Source of the DNA: Candidatus Nanobsidianus stetteri
GTDB lineage: Archaea; Nanobdellota; Nanobdellia; Nanobdellales; Nanobdellaceae
Assembly: GCF_003086415.1 (NCBI RefSeq)
Contig: NZ_QEFP02000007.1
Coordinates: 1-32,000 of the forward strand
Reading direction: 5' to 3'
DNA: 32,000 nt
The notes under the pieces are model-generated. The model was not told the DNA's origin. It saw only the letters and a program-made list of their open reading frames with translations, and ran no database searches. This document shows positions 17,280-25,209 of the stretch, in pieces. The position numbers and the translations under genes are program-made. The stretch's first letter is position 1. Each line of letters starts with the position of its first letter.

Positions 17280-18335
17280 CTTTCCATATACAATACCTTT
17301 TGTAAATACCCAATTAATTATAGCAGCAATAAATATAGCAATAAGTTGTGATATCAAGTAATTTATTCCAAATATATAATAAAATAATAAGGCAGATAAA
17401 TATTGAACAGGTTTTGATAATAAACCTCTTCCTCCAAAAAATAATAAAAATCTTTCTAAAAGTTTTCTCTTTTTAATTTTAAATACAAATAAATCATTTA
17501 AAATGAAATTCCATATAATTGAAATTAAAATTGCTAGGAAAGAGGAAATATAAAAAGGAAAATAAAATATTAATAAATATAAAGATAATAAGTTAATAAC
17601 AATTCCGGATAATCCTACCAAATAAAATTTTATAAATTGAAAAATATCAAATAATAAAAAAACCTGTTTTAAATATGAAAAAATTATCCTTTTACCCAAT
17701 TTAGATTTTCCATGTTTTCTCTCTTTAAAAGTATAAGGAATCTCTATTAATTTATTATAATTTACTTTTACTAATATATCTAATAGAACCTTATAACTAA
17801 ATGGATCAGAAACTTTAAAGTTATTTAATAGATCTCTTTTTATTAAAAAATATCCACTTAATGGATCCTTTACTTTTAATGTTTCTGGTAAAAAAATATA
17901 TGCAATAAAAATTGCTGTTTTTGATATAAATTCCCTTATAATATTCCAATTATCTATTTTTCCTCCCTTAATATATCTTGATGCAATAACCAGATCATAA
18001 CCTTCTAAAGCCTTTTCATACATTTTTTTCAATAATTCTGGAGGATGTTGAAGATCAGCATCCATTAATACAATATATTTTCCATTGGAATGTTTTACCC
18101 CATCTATAAAGGCAGAAGATAAACCTTTTCTATATCCTCTTTCAACAATTTTTATATTTTTATATTTTTCTTTTAGTTTTTCTATTTCTTCAATCGTCCC
18201 ATCATTTGATCCATCATCTACAAAAATTATTTCATATTTTATATCATTTAAACTTTCTCTTATTCTTTTTACTAATTCATTAATATTTTCTTTTTCATTT
18301 AATGTTGGTATTATTATAGATATATCTATGTTCAT
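17277..18335 (-). CDS. GT2-family polyprenyl/dolichyl-phosphate glycosyltransferase (Dpm1-like) fused to a GtrA-like membrane domain.
   Basis: GT2 features: ISIIIPTLNEKENI, EIIFVDDGSNDGT and VLMDADLQHPP (DxD region). A C-terminal four-helix hydrophobic domain resembles GtrA. Confidence 0.85.
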   Translation of the reverse strand: MNIDISIIIPTLNEKENINELVKRIRESLNDIKYEIIFVDDGSNDGTIEEIEKLKEKYKNIKIVERGYRKGLSSAFIDGVKHSNGKYIVLMDADLQHPPELLKKMYEKALEGYDLVIASRYIKGGKIDNWNIIREFISKTAIFIAYIFLPETLKVKDPLSGYFLIKRDLLNNFKVSDPFSYKVLLDILVKVNYNKLIEIPYTFKERKHGKSKLGKRIIFSYLKQVFLLFDIFQFIKFYLVGLSGIVINLLSLYLLIFYFPFYISSFLAILISIIWNFILNDLFVFKIKKRKLLERFLLFFGGRGLLSKPVQYLSALLFYYIFGINYLISQLIAIFIAAIINWVFTKGIVYGK

Positions 18336-18391
18336 TGATTATTTTAAGTCCTTTATTTACTTTAAAAATATTTTCTTTATATTATCATTAA

Positions 18392-18556
18392 ATGACAAGA
18401 TTGGGTGGTACAAATAAAGTAAATCATGTTATATGTAGAAGATGTGGTAGAAAAACATATAATCCTGATAAGGGATATTGTTCACACTGTGGATTTGGAA
18501 GAAGTAGCAAAATAAGGGCCTATGCATGGTCATATAAATTTAAAAGAAAATGGTAG
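18392..18556 (+). CDS. rpl37e: 50S ribosomal protein eL37 (54 aa).
   Basis: Below the ORF-track size cut-off. My translation is MTRLGGTNKVNHVICRRCGRKTYNPDKGYCSHCGFGRSSKIRAYAWSYKFKRKW. The CxxC-x14-CxxC zinc ribbon and flanking basic residues match L37e. Its stop overlaps the uS5 start by 7 nt. Confidence 0.85.
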   Translation: MTRLGGTNKVNHVICRRCGRKTYNPDKGYCSHCGFGRSSKIRAYAWSYKFKRKW

Positions 18557-19308
18557 AAGAACAAAAAGAAGTTGAAGAAGTAAAAAAAGAACAGGAGGCT
18601 TTAGAAAAAATAGGATCACAAAAGTTTAATTTAGAATCTTGGAATCCAAAAACTAATCTTGGTAAATTGGTAAAAGAGGGAAAAATAAATTCAATTGAGC
18701 AAGTATTTAAAAATGGTTATAAAATATTAGAACCAGAAATTGTAGACGCATTAATACCAGATTTAAAATATGAATATATTAGATTATCATTATCTAAAGG
18801 TAAATATAGGAGGCCAAAGTTTGTAAAGATGGTTCAAAGAAAAACTGCTGAAGGTAATAAAACATCATGGGTTTCTGTTGCTGTTGTTGGAAATGAAAAT
18901 GGATATGTTGGGGTTGGAATTGGAAAATCTTCAGATATTGCTTTATGTATGGAGAAGGCATTAAGAAATGCAAAATTAAATATTATACCAATTGCTAGGG
19001 GTTGTGGATCATGGGAATGTGCATTTAAGACTCCACATTCTTTACCATTTAAAGTTGAAGGATCTTATGGTTCTGTAAGAGTTGTATTATTACCAGCTCC
19101 AAGAGGAGTTGGATTGGTAGCACCTGAAGAAATGAAAAAGATATTTAGATTAGCAGGTATAAAAGATCTATGGATGAAATCTTTTGGACAGACTAGGAGG
19201 AGATATAACTTTGCAATGGCAATTTATAATGCATTAAGAAAAACAGTAGAATATAGAATTAAGGAAGAATATGCCAAATATTCTGGATTGAAGATTGGAT
19301 TTGTATAA
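18550..19308 (+). CDS. rps5: 30S ribosomal protein uS5.
   Basis: The dsRBD and S5 C-terminal domain are present: VAVVGNENGYVGVGIGKSSDIALCMEKALRNAKLNIIPI, PHSLPFKVEGSYGSVRVVLLPAPRGVGLVA. Confidence 0.95.
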   Translation: MVEEQKEVEEVKKEQEALEKIGSQKFNLESWNPKTNLGKLVKEGKINSIEQVFKNGYKILEPEIVDALIPDLKYEYIRLSLSKGKYRRPKFVKMVQRKTAEGNKTSWVSVAVVGNENGYVGVGIGKSSDIALCMEKALRNAKLNIIPIARGCGSWECAFKTPHSLPFKVEGSYGSVRVVLLPAPRGVGLVAPEEMKKIFRLAGIKDLWMKSFGQTRRRYNFAMAIYNALRKTVEYRIKEEYAKYSGLKIGFV

Positions 19309-19780
19309 AATGGGATTATTAGCTATTGTAAGAATAAAAGGAACTGTTAAGGCAAATAAAGAAATAAAAGATACATTATATTTGTTAAGATTAAGAAGAA
19401 ATAATTATGCAGTAATAATGAAAGATACAAAAGATATAAGAGGAATGATAAAAAAAGTTGAGCCATGGGTTGCATGGGGAGAAATAGATAAAGAAACATT
19501 AAAGGAATTATTATTAAAGAGAGGAAGATTGGAAGGAAATAAAAGATTAACAGAAGATTATATTAAACAAACGTTAAATATGAATATTGATACATTTGTT
19601 GAAAAATTATTAAATAATGAAATAGATTTAGATTCAATACCAAAAATAAAAAAGGTATTTAGACTAAAACCTCCATCAGGGGGTTATCCAAGAGGAGGTA
19701 TAAAGGTTCCATATAATCAAGGTGGAGCATATGGGTACTATGGAAAAGATATAAATATATTATTAAAGAAAATGATATAA
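19295..19780 (+). CDS. rpl30: 50S ribosomal protein uL30.
   Basis: LLAIVRIKGTVKANKEIKDTLYLLRLRRNNYAVIM is the canonical uL30 N-terminus. It follows uS5 as in the conserved cluster. The Met at 19310 is an alternative start. Confidence 0.9.
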   Translation: MDLYKMGLLAIVRIKGTVKANKEIKDTLYLLRLRRNNYAVIMKDTKDIRGMIKKVEPWVAWGEIDKETLKELLLKRGRLEGNKRLTEDYIKQTLNMNIDTFVEKLLNNEIDLDSIPKIKKVFRLKPPSGGYPRGGIKVPYNQGGAYGYYGKDINILLKKMI

Positions 19781-19781
19781 A

Positions 19782-20339
19782 ATGGCGAAGAGACCCTGGA
19801 GAATATTCAAAGAAATTGAAAGACCTTATACAAGATTTTCATATAGTAAATCGTATAATAAAATCCCAGGTGCTCCAGTATCAAAGCTAAGGATGCAAAT
19901 TATGGGGATAACAAATATACCAAAAGATCAATGGAAATATGTCGGACATCTAATTGCATTACATAATGTTCAGGTATCGGATTATTCTTTAGAATCTGTA
20001 AGAACAAATATATTGAAATACTTAGAAAGTGAAGTAAAAGAATTCCTATTTATTGTAAGAAAATATCCACATCATGTTGTAAGAGAACATGCATTGGTAT
20101 ATGGCGCAGGTGCGGATAGAATTTCACAAGGAATGAGACATGCATTTGGAAGACCTTATACAAGAGCTGCACAGGTATATTATAAAAACATTATTTTATC
20201 AATATATTATAATAAACCAGAATTTACAAATAGAATAAGCTTTTATTTAGATGTAGCAAGAAAAAAATTAGCAGGAAAATATAAGAAATATATAGGAGAA
20301 AACAAACCAGAAGAAGTTATTTTATCATCTGTTGTCTAG
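19782..20339 (+). CDS. rpl10e: 50S ribosomal protein uL16 (L10e).
   Basis: MAKRPWRIFKEIERPYTRFSYSKSYNKIPGAPVSKLRMQIMG matches the L10e N-terminus (RParcyR...rpYTR.ey..g.P..ki..f.mG). GAGADRISQGMRHAFGRP is also present. Confidence 0.9.
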   Translation: MAKRPWRIFKEIERPYTRFSYSKSYNKIPGAPVSKLRMQIMGITNIPKDQWKYVGHLIALHNVQVSDYSLESVRTNILKYLESEVKEFLFIVRKYPHHVVREHALVYGAGADRISQGMRHAFGRPYTRAAQVYYKNIILSIYYNKPEFTNRISFYLDVARKKLAGKYKKYIGENKPEEVILSSVV

Positions 20340-21375
20340 ATATTTCATATTCTAATAATAATAGTTTTTTCAAATCTTTTATATCTTTAGAGATGAATAA
20401 TCTCCCCCTTCCATATTTTACTATTTCTTTCGCAATTTTTTCTCCTTCATTATTTAATTGTATCCCAATTATAGATATATAATAGTATTGACTTAATTCC
20501 TTAGCTAATCTTAAAGTTCTTTCTACTGGATTTTTTCCTTTTGTTGGCAAAGCATCTGTTATTAATATTACATGTCCATTTTCACCTTTATTTAATAAAT
20601 AATTAAATGCCAGAGCAATATCTGTACTTCCATTTGGTATAATCCTTAATATATCTATTATATCTTTTAATCCTCTAACATTATTATATTCTTTAACAAT
20701 TTTATCATTAAATAATATTATATCTAATAGGTTATTATCTTCCAATATCTTTGATGTTAATAATATTAAAGCCTTTTTTGCTTCAAATATTTTTTCTCCA
20801 ATCATACTTCCAGATACATCTAATAGAATTATATATTTACCACCTTTGTTTTCTCTATTAACATTAATAATAAATCTTACAAAATCTTTATTTTTTATAT
20901 AATTTCTTATTGTTTCTTTTATATCAATTTTATTATATTTATCCCCAATACTAAAATATTTTTTATAAAATTCTTCATCATTTCCAATATAATATGATGA
21001 GTATTTTCCATATTCAAATATTCCTTCAATTTCCTTTTCTATATTTCCTATTAAATATTTAGAATATTCCATTAAAGATTTTTCAGTTAATTCTCCATTT
21101 TCATCTATATATCCTTCACTAGTCAATATTTCCTTTATTTTGTTTAAAGATTTCCTAAATTCTTTATTAAACCTATAATCTTTATCCTCTCTTATTCTTT
21201 TTTCATCATATTCAGTTAATTTTGATAATATATCTGAATATTCTTCTCTATTTTCCATAATTTTATCTATATCAAATATTGGATATCCTTCTTTTATCAT
21301 TTTTTCAATTAATTCATTTATATTTTTCTTAATATCTTTTGAACTATATTTAAAAGATTCTCCAGGTCTATTCAA
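20317..21375 (-). CDS. von Willebrand factor type A (vWA) domain protein, partner of the upstream AAA+ ATPase.
   Basis: It has a helical N-terminal half. The vWA domain has the MIDAS motif in KYIILLDVSGSM and later NGSTDIALA and ILITDALPT. It begins 14 nt downstream of the AAA+ gene's stop. Confidence 0.75.
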   Translation of the reverse strand: MNRPGESFKYSSKDIKKNINELIEKMIKEGYPIFDIDKIMENREEYSDILSKLTEYDEKRIREDKDYRFNKEFRKSLNKIKEILTSEGYIDENGELTEKSLMEYSKYLIGNIEKEIEGIFEYGKYSSYYIGNDEEFYKKYFSIGDKYNKIDIKETIRNYIKNKDFVRFIINVNRENKGGKYIILLDVSGSMIGEKIFEAKKALILLTSKILEDNNLLDIILFNDKIVKEYNNVRGLKDIIDILRIIPNGSTDIALAFNYLLNKGENGHVILITDALPTKGKNPVERTLRLAKELSQYYYISIIGIQLNNEGEKIAKEIVKYGRGRLFISKDIKDLKKLLLLEYEISRQQMIK

Positions 21376-21388
21376 TAAATTTTCTGAA

Positions 21389-22429
21389 TCAACTCCGAAA
21401 GTCTTTTCCTATTATAAAAGAATTCCATTGATTTTTTATATATTCTTCTTCATTTATTTCCATTTTATATGATGGTTTTAATCTTATCCTATGTGGTAAT
21501 ATTGATAGTAAGGATTCAAATATATGTTGAATCTCAACACTTTCTTTCTTATCTATTATCGCCAAAGCTTGTGCTTTTTCATAAATACCAATTGTAGATC
21601 TAACAGATGGTTTTCTTTCCAATTTATCATCTTTTCTTAATTTTTGTATAAATTCAATTGTCAATTCCAATAATTTTTCAGGAAAATTAACATCCAAACT
21701 TTTTCCATATTTTAATATAATCTTCTTCTCTTCTTCAATATCTTTTGGATAATCTAAATTTATTATATCAAATCTATCTAATAATACATCAGATATTTTT
21801 TCAGTTCCATAATAACTTTCAGGATTCATTGTAGCAATAAATATTATATCTAATGGTATTTGAAATTCATATGTTCCAATTGTTATTTTCTTTTCTTCTA
21901 ATAATTCTAATAAACTATTTTGAACCTTTGGAGGTGCTCTATTTATTTCATCAAAAAATAATACACCATGATGTGCTCTAAATATTTTTCCAGGTATAAA
22001 AGATTCTAAAGAATGTATCCCATATTTTAATGCTTTTGAAGGATAAATATCTCCAATTAAATCTTCTACTGATAGATCATAAGAACCTTGTATTCTAATA
22101 AATCTATCTTCTCCCCTTATTTTTATAAAAGGACCTTCCTTCCATTTTTTTCTATATTCTTCAGAGACAAAAGGGAATTCTTCATATGCCCATAAAGGAA
22201 TCCCTTCTGGAAAATCAATTTCAGGCAATAATTTTGCTATATTTTTTGCTAAAGTTGTTTTTCCAGTACCTGGAGGTCCTATTATTAATATATTTCTCCC
22301 AGAAATTAATGAAGATAAGATTTGTCTCTTTGCATTTTCTTGTCCAATTATAGAATCAAATGGATCTTTTCCTTCTTTAATATAATTATTAATTAGTATA
22401 TCCTTTATCTGTTCTCTTATTTTGATCAT
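21389..22429 (-). CDS. AAA+ ATPase of the ChlI/MoxR-like type.
   Basis: IIGQENAKRQILSSL, Walker A IIGPPGTGKTTLAK, Walker B and sensor GVLFFDEINRAPPKVQNSLLELLEEKKITIG, IFIATMNPE and LLDRFDII. Confidence 0.8.
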   Translation of the reverse strand: MIKIREQIKDILINNYIKEGKDPFDSIIGQENAKRQILSSLISGRNILIIGPPGTGKTTLAKNIAKLLPEIDFPEGIPLWAYEEFPFVSEEYRKKWKEGPFIKIRGEDRFIRIQGSYDLSVEDLIGDIYPSKALKYGIHSLESFIPGKIFRAHHGVLFFDEINRAPPKVQNSLLELLEEKKITIGTYEFQIPLDIIFIATMNPESYYGTEKISDVLLDRFDIINLDYPKDIEEEKKIILKYGKSLDVNFPEKLLELTIEFIQKLRKDDKLERKPSVRSTIGIYEKAQALAIIDKKESVEIQHIFESLLSILPHRIRLKPSYKMEINEEEYIKNQWNSFIIGKDFRS

Positions 22430-22467
22430 ATTTATTATTTTATATTTTTCTTTAAAATATTATAATT

Positions 22468-23157
22468 ATGGTCATATTTTACAATTTAAAAGGGGTAGCA
22501 ATAGATTTGGATGGTACACTTATAAATAGCTTGAAAGTTTATGATGAGGTTCATAAAAAAATATTGGAAAAATATAACATAAAGTTAGATGGATCATTGG
22601 ACAATTTTGGAATGTCTCCAGAGGAAATAATATATGATATAGTGAATAAATATAATTTAAATATACCAATTGAGGATTTAAAGAGAGAATTTGAAAATAT
22701 AATAATAAATGAATATATGGAAAAGATAAAATTTAATCCGGGAGCAAAACAAATATTAAATTATTTTAAGGATAAAAAATATAAAATGGCAATTTTTACT
22801 TCAAATACTAGAAGATTGACAATAGAGATATTAAAATATTTACATATATATAATTTATTTGATATTATAATAACTTCTGATGATGTAAAACAGACAAAAC
22901 CAGATCCAGAAGGCTATATTAAAATATTAAAAGGATTTTCTGTATTACCAAATGAAATATTGGCAATAGAAGATTCTATATATGGTGTTATTGCTGCAAA
23001 AAGGGCCGGAATAAATGTAATAGGGGTTACTAGTGGTGTAAATAAAAAGAGAGAATTAATTTCTGCCGGTGCTACAATGGTATTTAAAAATTTAAAGGAA
23101 TTATATAATTACCTTATAGAAGAAGATAATAAGAATAATCAAAATAATAATCAATAA
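22468..23157 (+). CDS. HAD-superfamily hydrolase, subfamily IA (phosphatase / beta-phosphoglucomutase-like).
   Basis: HAD motifs: I AIDLDGTLINS, II IFTSNTRR, III KPDPEGY and IV EDSIYGVIAAKRAG. It has a low-complexity Asn/Gln tail. Confidence 0.8.
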   Translation: MVIFYNLKGVAIDLDGTLINSLKVYDEVHKKILEKYNIKLDGSLDNFGMSPEEIIYDIVNKYNLNIPIEDLKREFENIIINEYMEKIKFNPGAKQILNYFKDKKYKMAIFTSNTRRLTIEILKYLHIYNLFDIIITSDDVKQTKPDPEGYIKILKGFSVLPNEILAIEDSIYGVIAAKRAGINVIGVTSGVNKKRELISAGATMVFKNLKELYNYLIEEDNKNNQNNNQ

Positions 23158-23337
23158 AATAATTAATAATATAATTGATAGTTGGTAAGAATTTGATATT
23201 AATATTGGTATTGGACCTATTAATATTAATCCGGCGAATTTTGTATTAGAAGAATTTGATAATGAGTATATAAATAATAAAATAATTGAAATAAATAGAA
23301 AAATAATTGATAGAATCAAAAATATGTTGCTATTCAT
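23101..23337 (-). CDS. Small two-helix membrane protein, possibly DUF131/TIGR00304 family.
   Basis: Two hydrophobic helices flank GLILIGPIPILISNS, which matches my recollection of the DUF131 signature (G.i.iGPiPI..g). It converges on and overlaps the HAD gene's 3' end by 57 nt. Confidence 0.5.
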   Translation of the reverse strand: MNSNIFLILSIIFLFISIILLFIYSLSNSSNTKFAGLILIGPIPILISNSYQLSIILLIILLIIILIILIIFFYKVII

Positions 23338-23602
23338 TTAACTTTAATTTATAAAATTTCGAATGGCCAAAATGAATTATTAAATCAAATCCATATTTAT
23401 CTAAATATATTGGTATATCACATCCACCAAAATCTGATCCAAACCAAATATATATTTCAATATCTTTATATTTTTCCTTTATTTTATCATATATTTCCTT
23501 TGAATATGGTTTTAATCCATCCGGAAATTGTAATAATATTTTTTTATATTTCTTTTTATCTAATGTTTCGAATATTTTATCTAATTCGAAATCTATCTCC
23601 AT
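23330..23602 (-). CDS. dph2: Diphthamide synthesis protein Dph2 (2-(3-amino-3-carboxypropyl)histidine synthase), N-terminal domain only (90 aa; I recall the full-length protein as about 330 aa).
   Basis: KKILLQFPDGLKPYSKEIYDKIKEKY.DIEIYIWFGSDFGGCDIPIYLDKYGFDLIIHFGHS matches the Dph2 domain-1 pattern (v.LQfPeGLk....ia..l......v.i..d..yGaCd.....a...gaDl.vHyGHs), including the first cluster-ligand Cys. The ORF ends 9 codons after GHS. Confidence 0.75.
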   Translation of the reverse strand: MEIDFELDKIFETLDKKKYKKILLQFPDGLKPYSKEIYDKIKEKYKDIEIYIWFGSDFGGCDIPIYLDKYGFDLIIHFGHSKFYKLKLNE

Positions 23603-24348
23603 TTAAATATTTTTAATATATTATCTATAAAGCTATTCCTAACCTTTAATTCCTTTCCAGTCATTTTTTCTGCAATTTTTATTATATCTCTAGAAGCTAT
23701 AGAATTTATATTATAATCTATTAAAGGTACACCTTTATTCATTGAAATTTGTACATTTTCATCATAATGAATTATCCCTATTATTTTCTTTTTAAAAAAT
23801 TTTTCAGCATTTACATAATCTATATCCTTCTTTATCTTATTTAAAACAATCCCTAAGGTTTTTATATCTAAGTTATCTAATACTTTCGTAACCCTATAAG
23901 AATCAAACATTGCAGATTTTTCATAGTTTGTTATAATTATAACCTCTTCAGAAGCTTTTAATGCTTCCAAAGCTTCCTTACCAATTCCAGCAGCAGAATC
24001 TATAATAATATAATCAAAATCATCATATATTTTCATTATTCCATTATGTAATTTTTCAGTAGAAATGTATATTAAATCTTTTATATCTAAACTTCCAGGA
24101 ATTATATAAAAATTTTCTTCATATTCCTTTATACAGTCATTTATGTCAATTTCCCCCCTTAAAAATTTATGTATATTGTTATTTTCATTACCCAATCCGA
24201 GATTTATTGATACATTTGGTGTAGTTAGATTAAAGTCAATTAATAATGTTTTAAAATTTAATAATGAGAGAGCTCTTGATAAATTTATAGAAAAGAAAGT
24301 TTTTCCTACTCCACCTTTCCCAGAAGATATTGTATATACTTTTGCCAT
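23593..24348 (-). CDS. minD: MinD/ParA-family P-loop ATPase.
   Basis: Has the deviant Walker A SSGKGGVGKTFFSINLS, IIIDSAAGIG, and VLNKI. The length and layout are typical of archaeal MinD-like proteins. Its start overlaps the upstream ORF's stop in TAATG. Confidence 0.85.
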   Translation of the reverse strand: MAKVYTISSGKGGVGKTFFSINLSRALSLLNFKTLLIDFNLTTPNVSINLGLGNENNNIHKFLRGEIDINDCIKEYEENFYIIPGSLDIKDLIYISTEKLHNGIMKIYDDFDYIIIDSAAGIGKEALEALKASEEVIIITNYEKSAMFDSYRVTKVLDNLDIKTLGIVLNKIKKDIDYVNAEKFFKKKIIGIIHYDENVQISMNKGVPLIDYNINSIASRDIIKIAEKMTGKELKVRNSFIDNILKIFKWR

Positions 24349-24800
24349 TATATATATTTACTAATAATTGTAGAAAATTTTTTAACGGATTCTGCAATAT
24401 CTTTTAGTATCTTTATATTTATTTCAAATTCTTCTCCACTTAATGTCCTAAATTTTATAACCATACTTTTTCTATATTCATTTATTATCCTTGCATCAGA
24501 ATTTAAAGCAAGCTTTAATAGTTTATAATACTTTAAAGATTCTTCAAGTTCCTTATCCTTTGTAATTTCAATTATTTTTTTATACCTTTTAATTGGACTA
24601 TCTGGAATTTCATCAATCATTTTATTTTCATATAATTTCTTAAAAAATAATTCAATTGCATAGTCATAATATTCAATAACTGCTTTTATAAAGCTTCTAA
24701 CAGTTTCCAATCCCTTATTATTTTTCAATGAAACATTAAATATATGTAAAACCTCTTTATATCTTCTGTTATATTCTAAATTTTCTTCTAAATTAGGCAT
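24348..24800 (-). CDS. Hypothetical all-helical protein (150 aa), translationally coupled to the MinD-like ATPase.
   Basis: The ORF has coding-like composition and no family motif I can name. Its stop overlaps the MinD ATG. Confidence 0.5.
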   Translation of the reverse strand: MPNLEENLEYNRRYKEVLHIFNVSLKNNKGLETVRSFIKAVIEYYDYAIELFFKKLYENKMIDEIPDSPIKRYKKIIEITKDKELEESLKYYKLLKLALNSDARIINEYRKSMVIKFRTLSGEEFEINIKILKDIAESVKKFSTIISKYI

Positions 24801-24946
24801 GATATATAGATATTTGCAATATATACTAAAGCCGCGAAAACAATTATAAATATTATTATTTTATTTCTATTTAATCTTATTTTTGATTTCTCTTTTCCAA
24901 ACTTATATAATCCAAGATATGTAAATATTGGTAATTGGTCGGGCAT
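24788..24946 (-). CDS. Possible small single-pass membrane protein (52 aa). Speculative.
   Basis: My translation is MPDQLPIFTYLGLYKFGKEKSKIRLNRNKIIIFIIVFAALVYIANIYISCLI. Its stop overlaps the start of the 150-aa ORF by 13 nt. The only support is position and one hydrophobic helix. Confidence 0.25.
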   Translation of the reverse strand: MPDQLPIFTYLGLYKFGKEKSKIRLNRNKIIIFIIVFAALVYIANIYISCLI

Positions 24947-24948
24947 AA

Positions 24949-24956
24949 TTTATATA
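24949..24956 (+). promoter_or_regulatory. Candidate TATA box (TTTATATA) for the RNase P RNA gene.
   Basis: A consensus archaeal TATA octamer lies with 22 nt between it and the first base (24979) of the terminal helix of the G+C-rich RNA. This spacing would start transcription at or near the helix. Confidence 0.4.
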
Positions 24957-24978
24957 ATTAGAAGAAATATATAAAAAA

Positions 24979-25208
24979 GTGGCCGTAGGAAGGTCTGCTT
25001 ACCGATAAGCCACCGAGGAATCGGAGGGGGAAACCCCTGGCTACATAATAAGAAATCACGGACATATATCCGATGAAGATGAAGAGTTAATACCCGGAGG
25101 TAACTCTGGGTAAACTCGGAGAGGATATATGCACCTTGAGAAGTATGTCCTGGCGGTACAAGGCCTGTCCGCTTAGAAAAATATATACTAAAAGCAGCTT
25201 ACGGCCAC
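24979..25208 (+). ncRNA. rnpB: RNase P RNA, unusually compact (~230 nt).
   Basis: It is a G+C-rich island in AT-rich DNA. A terminal helix GUGGCCGU/ACGGCCAC closes it. Moving 5' to 3', it matches conserved RNase P elements in the same order as E. coli M1 RNA. AGGAAGGUCUGC resembles CR-I GAGGAAAGUCCGGGC. GAUAAGCCA resembles CAUAGGGCA. AGCCA[CCGAGGAAUCGG][AGGGGGAAACCCCU]UGGCU resembles the P7/P8/P9 cruciform with a GAAA loop (M1: GGGGGGGAAACCCAC). CUGGGUAAACUCGGAG resembles GGUAAACUCCACC. ACUAAAAGCAGCUUAC resembles CR-V ACAGAAcccGGCUUAu. CUGCU and AGCAG can form P4. Confidence 0.75.
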
Positions 25209-25209
25209 A

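Noticed and set aside
24979-25208. Alternative reading of the G+C-rich ncRNA as SRP (7S) RNA.
   Set aside because: At about 230 nt it is shorter than I recall for archaeal SRP RNA (~300 nt). I could not find the helix-8 GNAR-tetraloop with symmetric and asymmetric loop signature. The GGAAGG and AGCAGC elements are about 200 nt apart, which fits long-range P4 pairing rather than a local helix 8. The ordered matches to RNase P motifs fit better. A covariance-model scan should still be run.
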